The notes below the pieces were generated by a model. It searched no databases, was not told where the DNA came from, and saw nothing but the letters and a program-made list of their open reading frames with translations. Source: Ptychomitrium polyphyllum (Eukaryota). From it: DNA of 64,000 nucleotides. The stretch spans positions 2,604,001 to 2,668,000 of the forward strand of contig OZ316775.1 in NCBI GenBank assembly GCA_973851085.1, given 5' to 3'. Numbering within the stretch: the first letter of the stretch is position 1; each line of letters opens with the position of its first letter. The position numbers and the translations under genes were made by a program. Positions 25,701 through 36,395 of the stretch are shown here, piece after piece.

Positions 25701-28700
25701 TCCCAGACACCTAAAAGAAAGGACTGGGCCTCAAAGTTTCTAGAAAAACCGCCCCTATATCCTACTCAAATTTAAAGCCATCAGCACTCTCATTACTGTA
25801 GGTGGTGAAGAAAAGAGGTTGACGGGTAAACCTGTGGCAGTTTTAACACTCCGAAAAATATTGGATACCAGGAAGCTAAGCGAAATGATCATATTGACAT
25901 AGAGAAAGTAGAACACAATTTGTATACTGTACGAGTTCTTCGTAAAGAAGTTCAGCCCTGCGAATCATGTACACCAGTTTTCGATTAACTTCAATCAAAA
26001 GAAAAGTGTTGGTGGTCTAGTTGAACAACAATATCAATGAACGATGTAATTTCTAGCAGTCAGCATCCGCAAGATCTAAATCCCTAAGACATTAGGACCA
26101 TTGAATATATCATTCATTGGCAAAGAGGATCTCGTTGACTTACGAATAATGGAGCCAAATACAATGAAGCAGAGCATGTAAAGGCAGAAGAGACCCAGAT
26201 AATATATGTAAGTGATTCCCCAGTACGCGCTGTCGCCAAGACCATGCATTTTCATCATCATCCGGAGACGATACTGCTTCTCGTACACCAATGCCATCAG
26301 CACCACCTACACCACATTAATGACACACCAAGTATCCGAGTATCCGTTAGTTCCCATGAAAGATGCAGCAGTATATGTGCTTTGGTTTTTAATCCCTTTC
26401 AACAATTTAAACATCAATTGATATATAATATATAATATAGCAACTTTCAGTTTGAGCCTTCCAGGAGAAATTTGCGATGTATTTCTCTGCTGTAGAGACC
26501 TGATTTCAGGAGTATTATGTTGCAGATACAGAAAGGTGAATACTTAATTAGAAGGATATGATATTTCAACTTCAATACAAGGTGCTACTTGATGGTAATA
26601 TCGTTGCTTACAGGAAACAGTAGACCCAGAACCCACATGTAAAACAGCGGTCCGATCAGCGACGAGAAATCAAGGCGTAATTGCGTCTCCTCCTTTGGCA
26701 TTTCTTTCACAAACAGTAAAGGTAGTGCAGTGTTTGGTCCCGACTTGTAACGCAAGAACGCTTGCGCTGCCTGCAATATTGCGTAGGTCCAGTACCAAAA
26801 AACATAAATATAGCTATCAAAACGTTCTCCAAATATCAAAGCCTTCTCACGATTACCAGTGGGAAGAATAATTGTGCTTCACAAATCAAGGGGCATAGCC
26901 AACTAGGTAGCTAGAACATAAAGCAACATATTTGCCTGAACAGGAAAGGTAGGCCAAACTCAGTTTACAGTCCTATCGGTGACAAGAAGGAAAAAGAAAC
27001 CAACCATGTTCAAGGAGCGAGATACGCGTATCATTGACGAGGGTTGTCGACTCGTTCGATTAGCAAAGGTGTCATTGTACCAAATATTCACATCAAACAA
27101 TGCTGGATTTGTATTCCTAAAGTCGTAAGCTGCAACAAACACATACAAAATCCAGTTCACCTCAAAGAAATTGAGGGTCAACCGGACCATCAAACTTAAG
27201 GAGTTTAACATGCCGCGTTGCACCTTGTCAAAGATCTAACCATCCCAAAATCTTTCACTCATTTTGAAACTCTCCTTCATTGCTTGCTAACATTCCTCGA
27301 CTGCCTTCTGCTGGACGAGAACCCAATAGATAGATGCATAAACAAATATTTACCAACAGGAAATTCGCCGATCTCTCTTCGAGGATTGCCCTCTCGGTAG
27401 CCGCCATACAGGAGAGCATCCACCAAGGAAGCATCGTTGCGCCACAACGACTTTGTTTCCAAACATGAAAAATCTGCAAAGACAGTGCACCTTTCTCGTA
27501 TTAGTCCACTTCTGAAGCTCCTAAACGAACTCAAGAAGTAATGAGAGGAAAAACAATAAAAAGGAAATTTAACATACTCAAGCCTCAGGGTTACAGGAAT
27601 GGTCAACACAAAACGATCAAGAGCTTTACGATGATGCGTTTGGAAAGGGGTGGAAGAGGGATACCTCGGCTGAATGAGTATCCTCCGCCAACACTAAAAG
27701 AAACATTAAAACCAGTGGCGCCAGCACATGATGGCCGAAGGATATAAGTCGGCCTCGACGAAGTAAACGCAGACTCAATCAGCATGTTCCTCCACGTAAT
27801 AGAATCCGAGCCCTGCATAACAGACAAGCAGCGACAACCGTCGCAGTTCCAGATCACATCCTCAGTTCACTTCCTTCTCATGCTCAAAACATTCCGCAAA
27901 ATTTTCAATACACAGGAACTGCGCACTACAAGGCCAAAATTCTTCAAAAAAGCATGCATCATTAACGCAAGCTATGTTCAGTAGCGTATCAACAGAACCG
28001 TAAAACACACATAGTTCCGAATAACCAGCTCTCAAGAATTGTTCATAAAATTGTGAACTTACTGGCACTACAGTAGCGAGCGAAAATAACGGATCCGCGA
28101 CGCTCAAGTTTCCACCGATGTCCAACAGGGAGCTTGCCAAAGCTGCCACAGAGATTGCCTTCCATTAATCGAGAAAGAAAAATCTCTCAACCAACACAAG
28201 GTTCGAATTCGTTTAGATGAATGCGTACCATCGGCGGCCATTTTGTTGCTCCCGGTGTACGGGATGGTCGTTGCGCAAGTGCCGAGTGAGCGACAGGAAG
28301 CGTCCTCGGGCAAGTCTGGGAACTGGGTGCTCTTGGTAGCTCGGTTCTGTGGCTCCGGAACCTGGAGGACGGCGGGCCATGGTGTGGGATTGGGAATGCC
28401 GCACCAGGGTGCTTGATCCGCGTCCGAGTATTGGAGCCCACACACTTTCTTCGCCGGGCCGCCGTTCGGGTCAGGCAGAAGGCGACACCCGCACTTAAAG
28501 CTATCACCGCTCAGAAGCTTGTTAATGGCAGTTTGGATCACGACGAGGAGAACGCACAGGAAGATGGGGAAAAGCACCAGGCAGCAATTGGTTCTCCAAT
28601 TTCGTTTCTGCACTCAAAGCCCACAAAATGAACGTTTTAGCTTTGACAAATATGATACCTCTGAATCTGCGCCTTGCCGAAACTCACCAGAAATTCTATT

Positions 28701-28898
28701 ACACAGCGGGATTGGGAAATTTCACAAGAATGGCACCCGAGATGAAGATGCAGTAACAAGATTCGAGGCTAGTTGTACCTGAAACGTAAGATTTTTACGA
28801 AACAAAGCATTGGCTTGAGTTTTTCTAGCGGTTTGACGCGCGTTATCGGAATTCCCCGCTCGGCCACTCTCTGGATCCCCCACAGAACGGCCATTCAT
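22731..28898 (-). CDS. ABCA: ABC transporter subfamily A, half-size (ATH/ABCA7-like), multi-exon
   Basis: N-terminal QANALFRKNLTFQ|KRNWRTN, ALVYEKQYRLRMMMKMHGLGDSAYW, Walker A GPNGAGKTS, GVCPQHD, signature YSGGMKRRLSVAISLIG, Walker B VVYMDEPSTGLDPASR, C-terminal WGLSDTTLEDVFIKVA. Confidence 0.96.
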
Positions 28899-30403
28899 CG
28901 TGGCTAATCTCCTATTCTTCGACTTCTCAGTTTCTCGTCGTCTTTCAAACCCCCCACAACTAGACTGGCATTGAAGCAAATCTTCGCTCCGAATTCCTAC
29001 CGAAAGCTACCTAAACCCAGAACCCGAAACGCCAAAACTTCACACCTCAAAGCCTCTCCAGCAATCAAATCCGGTACTCATGCGTCATCACAACCTCGTC
29101 GCCGCGGTAACTGATTAGGCGACTCATGTTAACTCATGCCTGCAAACTGGCGCCTTCGATGACGCAACAAAATCCAGGTGTGGGACCCCAGATTTAGCCC
29201 ATTGTATTCCTTCGACTGAAAGCATTGCTTTCTATGTCTCTTCGTAAGAACCATCGACGTAAGCACTATCGCCAAACTGCTCCGCAACTTCGTTGAACCT
29301 TCCAACTTTCGCTACAATTGCGGTGCAGCTAAATTCCTATACTGGCGGTCGATAGTGAATATAGATAATAAGTCCGTCGATCGATCGACACCAGCAGAGC
29401 AGCACACCAGTGCAGAGTCGATCAAGTGATGGCAGCTGATGCTAACATCAGAAGAAGAAATGCTTGAATGGATGGCCACCAAGATCATTGATCAACTCAT
29501 GATGAGATCTAGATTCCAGTTATTCGTTGAGGGCAAGCTAGAACATAAAATTGGCAACGTACAATGTTTTGGTGAATACTTAATTGGGGGAGGTTGAATC
29601 GTCTGCGATGCCGGAATGGTCGGCGGAGATTGGTACTGTGCCAGTGGATGCAATGACATGCTTCGTCTTGTAGGATATCACAGTGGAGAATCAGAGCTGG
29701 TTCATGAATAATTAATTTCGCCGCATTCTGACCACCGCTGAATCCTTTGGAGTTGGGCAACGAATAAACAGTCACTGTTCTAGATGACGTGTACACTTGT
29801 CGATCCACATTATGAAGCCTATGCTCACCCTTTTAAGCACTCACCCTCAAACTCCATCCCAGGTAATACAGTATGTGGTCCATGATGCCAATCGTCCACT
29901 CAGCCTGATATGCCAAGCATATCCCGGATCCTATGGCAATGTACGGCAATGTAGAAATCTAAGTTCCATGGCGGACAATTGTGGGCAACACAATGGACTT
30001 CAGAGCCTGGAAGGAGATGTACAGTACAATACATTTACGTTCGCAGAATCCTCCTATTGTAAATGCCAACCAACATAAATGATAGCTCTAGTTTTGTCAC
30101 AATCTGGAAGTATTGCAATATCTAGTCAGGTACACTGCAATGGAGTAGTTGGAATTTTCTATGGCCTGCTGACAAACAAGCAATGTTAATTTGCTGTGCA
30201 CTAAGTTGCACATGGCCAACTGAGCCGAGCAAAGTAAGGTACACATCAAAACACCAGGAATGAGGGACATTTTTCACCAATTGCACAACAAAGATCACGA
30301 TCAGTAAAGTGTAGATTTCTGCAAAGAGCTTTCTTCCGTTTGTACAGGAAGATGCTCACCACAGTAAGGCCCTCACCCACGTTGTGGTAGGAGTACTTCT
30401 GCT

Positions 30404-33099
30404 TCAGAGCTGTATACCGGGACTCCAAAAGAAACCATCTTTCGGCTTCTGGTATTCTCCTATGACCATATACCAATTGTGCCTGCAGTCCAAACAAATG
30501 GCAATGTAAGGTTGAGAGATTGAGCTGTATTCAGAAACAGTTCTCATCTACAAACAAACAGTAAAATGTTCACTGATATCCTGGTTACACAATCAATCCA
30601 TGTTGCAACTTTAAGAACACAAATAAATAAAGGAATAAATATAAACACAATACAAATGGACATTCTATAAATCGTTTTCAAATATCTGTCTCATGAGAAG
30701 GCAAGCTAATGAGAGGCTAGGTTTACCTTGCAAGCATAAGCTTTGCCGCAAGTGCCCAGTTGATGAGGCGAGGATAGTAAACACCTGGAATGGTTACGCA
30801 CCCAACTACTCCTTCTTTCTCTTGAATAGCTTTGCTAATGACTGCCACCCATGCAGCTTCGCTTGTTGCCATTGTGTGCCCAAGAATGGACAAACCAGTG
30901 GTATAACCCCTTCATTTCATAACACATTGACTAACTTGAGCTGCTGCATCATTTCGAAGTGGAAGTGCTGAAGTCTGTCCAAGCTGCATAAATATGTAAA
31001 CTATATGTTTGGATTTGAAGACATACATTAGATTATATCCAAACTAAGGAATATCTCCAAATCCAAACTAAGGTCACAGCAAAGTCGCTCAATTGCTTAA
31101 TTTCGAGCACAAATGCCCTGCAGACTTCAAATAAAATAAGGCACTCCCGAATGAATCAATCTCCAGTACTGTACAGGCTGTTGACGTTGTGGAGGACTTC
31201 ATATGTGTGCAGGAGAAGCTTACACAACAGTGTTGTCTTCCGTTATGGCTACTAAACATCCTTCAGGCCATCTTGTGTGCATTGCCCTGATGCCATTTTC
31301 ACGCTCAAACCCCATACCCTTGCTAAACATTTCTCCGCATGCCTTGACATCAGCTTCCTCCATCTTTCGAGCCTTAATACCTGGTCACACAAGTAAAAAT
31401 TCTCACAATACCCCAAGAACTCCTCTAGCAGAATTTTTCAGGTTACAACCCAAACACTTGTCTCATAAATCATTCTTAAACTGCATTTTATTCGAACTAC
31501 TAGTAAAAGAAGAAAAGTATTAATTATTGCTCTTTCTATAAACGACTTGGGCATGAGACTATACATTGCTGCACAAACATCTTCAGATGAATCTCCGGAA
31601 GTTCTATGGATCTAAAGTCCTATATTACCCTTGTTGCTCATCTATGCTCAGTTGAAAAGTTCTTTCAAAGGAGAATTTTAATGCCAGCTCACCATCGGTG
31701 GAGATGCCTACAGAGATAGCAGCTTGTATACCGGCATCTGGTTCAACTGTACCAAAGAACGACGTTGTGCACTCCACAGGTCTGAAGCCTAGACTTGCGT
31801 AGAGACAGAAGCTCTTACGGTTCGACCCAGACTGTTCAGCGGCCCACCACAATTACTTCGAGTTAGAAAACCAACAAATAAATGCAGAGTCCAGATTCGC
31901 GCCATACTACGGTAATCAAAGTTAAAATGTCCATCCAACGATACAAAATTAAGTCCCTTATATTACAAAATTAACAATTACAGAGCAAAATTTGTGTACT
32001 TACTTTCTCAAGGTTCAGGTAAAGAGCTTAGTCTTCTGTGGTCATTAAAATGCATCTTAGTGACCGCATAAACTTTGTTTTGGAAGTATAATACTTGGAT
32101 TGTACGCATGGGGTGTCACGGATGTATAGATAAGGAATGTGAATCACCAGACAAGGAGATCATGGATGCCTCTCAACACACAAAGTGCAGAAATCAAAGC
32201 TCACGTCAGTTGAAACCTAGAGCAGAAAGACTTTGTATCGTGTTGAGGCGGATGGAGGGCGAATTTAGCTTCTGCGCATGCTCCACGACTGCTCTCGTCA
32301 GAGCTTTTCCTATCCCTCGGTTAGATGCCTCAGGGCTCACAAACACTGGCCCAACGCCGTGTGCGTAGCTTTCAGGCGCTGGTATACACCACTCAAAGAG
32401 AAAGCAGAAAATTAAACAGACGATCTCCAGGGATCCATTCTAGTCAATACATAAGATCACTAGACTAATCACCGCCTTGCAAAACCCTCCCTGGCGATCA
32501 CCACACCAAATATTTCAATTCTACCCTAAGTCCAGTTAACATTAAAACCGAACCCCTTCGATATTACAATCTTGATAGGTACACACATTTAGGTTAACGA
32601 ATGGCAGCCAATGCCCTAAAAAAGTTAGTTTCAGTACAACAGACTCAAAATTCGTTAGAGGACTGCATTGAATGTAGGACAGACCACGACATCCAAAGGA
32701 CACGTTCTACAAATTCGAACCCTAACAATGACTTGAGACAAGCGGTATTGGAAAAGGATAATCAACTCCATAAACGAACGACAGATCCGGAATGAGGTCT
32801 AGAAACGAACACAAGTGTGGATTGTAGCCCTTACCAACGTCAATAAACGCAGCACCGAGCAATTTGCCGGTGCCATCGAACGCCGCAACGTGGTAGTAAG
32901 AGGGATCCGACACGAACGACCCGATAAGACCACGCCCCGCTTCCGGAGACGCAACGGTGAAGGTATGTGGGATGCCCGTGGCCGCACTGTCCACCGAGAA
33001 GGCGTCGTATAATACCTGCCCCGCCTCGTGCACATCCTCCGGCCTCATCGGTCGCATCGTCACGCCCGCTGGCCCATCGTCGCCATCGCCACCCCCCAT
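30404..33099 (-). CDS. GNAT-family N-acetyltransferase, two-domain bacterial-like type, about 320 aa, 6 exons; intron 2 donor non-canonical
   Basis: Exons 33099-32835, 32378-32239, 31831-31693, 31380-31224, 30909-30727, 30482-30404 total 963 nt in frame. Acetyl-CoA motif VGPVFVSPEASNRGIGKAL, then NRKSFCLYASLGF. The second domain starts IKARKMEEADV. Confidence 0.85.
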
Positions 33100-33599
33100 C
33101 CCGCTCAGTGCTCGCTCGCTAATGCAACGTGAACTGCTAGAACCAGCTCGCCTGCTCTGGCTGGTTGATCACCTCTGGCTAGATTGCTGCCACAAAAACA
33201 CGCTAGCGTACTCCAGATTATGTCTAGACATAACAGCCTTGACGTCCCCGACCACTTAACCGAAGCCTCCACCACATATATTATCTCCTTGGCATGTTGC
33301 TCTGTCATGCTAGTAGCTCGACGGAACTGTTGCAGCCGCCTCCCGTCCAGATTTAAACGACTGCCAGACTCTCTCCTGCACGTTGGGTTGTCGGTAAAGT
33401 GACCTGTCATCCGCGGTGGACAGTCGCTGATGCCATTGTCGGTAATTGTACGATTGGTTGCCAAGCGTTTCTCCATCGTTGAGACTTTTCACCTCGTTAG
33501 AAGATTCTACGCTCTGTGTGGCTCAGGACCCTTTCACTGTGCATGTAGATTTGAATTTAGAGCTTAAAGGTTCCACCACCACACTCATCAACTACTGCA

Positions 33600-35780
33600 T
33601 TGGTCATATAAGGGAAGTCTAATTCTTCCAAAGTTTTTGGGGTCTTGACTTTCCAATGTGATCAAAACTTTTGTCTTTGACTTTCAAATGAAGCATATTT
33701 TATTTGTTTTAATAACTAAGGGATGTCACAAAGTTCTACATTGACTTCTTATAGTGAAGGTATGAAATTTTTAAATCAACAATAATGGGTATGATTATGA
33801 AATTTTACATAGTGTAGTTGATCATTATTTCATGCAACATATAAGAAAGTTGTTTAATTTATTAATCAAAAAAAATGTTTTGTTTTAACACCAAAATCAT
33901 ATATTAAAATCTAAAAATAATACATAAAGGATTGATGATACAAATTAGAAATATTGTTTTTATAAATGGTCATTATAGGATAATAATAATAAAAAGACAA
34001 AAAACGTACATTAAAAAATACAAATACCTCTTAAAATTTTACCTTTTAAACAAATAATTGCACATAAAGGCAAATACAAGAATGAATTTGGATATCACAC
34101 AACAATGTGGAAAAGAAGTAAAAAACAAATAAAAATGAAAACATTTTAATATTAATATAAATCATTTATAATAAATTTCAATTCAGTAATGATAGAATGC
34201 ATCATTGCAATCTTATTTGGCAAATAAGAAGCTTATAATTTTTATGCTCATTTAAATGGTTACAACATCATATAAATTTTGGATTCATCTTGCATATTCC
34301 AAAGTCATAAATTTACATCAATACAAGAAGTATTTTCTTGTAAAACATATTTTTAATTTATTGATTACCAAATGTAAGTATCCAATATTTAGAGATGATT
34401 GTACAGTTTTCCTCTATAAAAAGACTAAGAATGTTATGTTGGCAATTTGATTTTCTTTTTAAAAGTATTATAACAATTGTATAATTTGTTGTCATCATTT
34501 ATTTGATTCAACAACACAAGTATAAAATGTGATTTTTAAATTTACAAAAATAAAAGAGATTTTTGACATTATATAAGAATGTTGCTTAATTTGTTAAGGA
34601 ACTAATAGATTATACATTATTTGCTAACTTGATGATTTGATTATTATAATTTATTGGAATTTTTGGCAAATTTATGACTTAATTTTGATTATTATTTAAA
34701 TTCTTGCCATGTAGTTACTTATATACACTACATTTTCACAATTCTAAATCTTACAACATTAGAATAAATGCACATATACAATACCTAAATGAATGCAAAT
34801 AGAAGAAAATATATAGTTAAATTTTAAAAATGCATCCAATATTAAAATTAAAAAGATTTTAGTGTAGCAAAAATCAATCAATTGTAACAAGAATCAATTG
34901 TGAAAATTACACTTTATTAGCATTGTTTAACAAGAAAATATTTATAAAATCTCTTATTACAAAAGAGCTATCAAATTCAATACTTAAGATTTAATAATTG
35001 TTAAATAATGCTATTAAGTTATCAATGAAGCTATATGATGTTATTGATAAAGTAAAGCAAATGTTTTTTTTTATCAATAACTTATTGTTAAATTCACAAG
35101 GTGCTTTAAAAGAAAATATTGGTTCAAATTCAAACAATAAAGGTTTAAATTAAAAAGTCATTGCTAATTAAATATGCTATGTACTTTAATGCTTTTTTTA
35201 TTTTTAAAACTTATAATAGAAGTTGAACTCATGCTTTAAGAAATTGATTTCTTTTGCTTAATAATATTGCAATGGTATTGAATTTTTTTATAATGATTTT
35301 ATATTATAAAATAATATAAATCAATAATATAAAGCTTTACTTTGTGTCCTTATCTAAGTATTAAAAGAAATTGTAATTGTTGTTACAATGGAAGTAAGAA
35401 GTAACAAAATGGCAAAAGATTAAAAACATTCAATGAAGTTCATTCATGTAAAATAATATCTAGTGGTCATTAAATTTTAATTTTAGCAAAAATGACTACC
35501 TTTTAATATTCTTTTTGAATTTTGATATTTCATATATACCATAATTACCATATACATCAAATCAAAACTTTTATACAAATTTGAAACTTTCCACAGAGCC
35601 TTTAAACTATATAAATGTTAAAAATATTTTTCATATATTAATTATTGTGAAATCTTACATTCTAAAATTATACATTAAAACACATGTTGAAATTAAATAG
35701 AACATCTAACTCTCAAATGGAACCCACCCATGCACCTTTTGGAACTTGAAAAGTTTTAAACTATTGAACATTAATTTCCT
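33600..35780. mobile_element. Very AT-rich non-coding block, probable degenerate or non-autonomous TE
   Basis: Abrupt compositional shift with no credible ORF, ending in a GC-rich minisatellite. No TIR, LTR or TSD could be identified. Confidence 0.35.
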
Positions 35781-35804
35781 ACACAGAAATTGCGCTCGGA
35801 ATAC

Positions 35805-35985
35805 GAGCCTGGAGCCACGAGCCTGGAGCTTCGAACCCGAGCCTGGAGCTTCGAACCCGAGCCTGGAGAGTGGAGCCCGAGCCTGGAGCTTCGAACCCGA
35901 GCCTGGAGCGTGGAGCCCGAGCCTGGAGCGTGGAGGACGAGCTTGGAGCGTGGAGGACGAGCCTGGAGTGTGGAGGACGAGCCTT
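35805..35985 (+). repeat. 20-bp minisatellite, 8 full units plus partial flanks
   Basis: Units start at 35819, 35839 ... 35959. The first half GAGCCTGGAG is nearly constant. The second half is CTTCGAACCC, (A/C)GTGGAGCCC or (C/T)GTGGAGGAC. Confidence 0.95.
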
Positions 35986-36134
35986 GTGCTTACAGGAACG
36001 ATTTCTTCGGCACTGGTGTCCCTCTGTGGCACACCCCCAGCGCATTTAGAGCTTCTCGATATCCGGATAAACCCGTTCATCTGGATGGAGGAACGGGAGT
36101 TTTACCCGGAACGGGGCGGATACCGAGGTGAGGA

Positions 36135-36196
36135 CGGGGGGTAAAGTTGGGGGGGGGGGCAAGGGGGGAGGGGAAGGGGAAGGGGAGGGTGTGGGG
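36135..36196 (+). promoter_or_regulatory. G-run cluster (potential G-quadruplex) about 200 bp upstream of the ferrochelatase ATG
   Basis: More than four runs of 3 or more G with short spacers, including an 11-G run. Confidence 0.55.
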
Positions 36197-36395
36197 CGAT
36201 GGCGAGGCGGCACGAGTTTGCTTAGCGCATTGACGAGCGAGCCACTGCTGACCACGACCTTGTGATCCTCTGGACTGCTGTCGACCCAGGTCCTCTTCCT
36301 TCCCCTACTCGGCACTACAGTTTCGGTGCAGCTTGCGCAATTCGCTTCATTCTGTAAGTTTTTCGCCGGGCCGAGTCTGCAGGGTTCGGACTAGG

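Noticed and set aside
35706..36144. Repetitive ORFs and a CRISPR-like repeat/spacer look
   Set aside because: A 20-bp tandem minisatellite. The variable halves are 10 bp and related to one another, there are no cas genes, and the context is eukaryotic.
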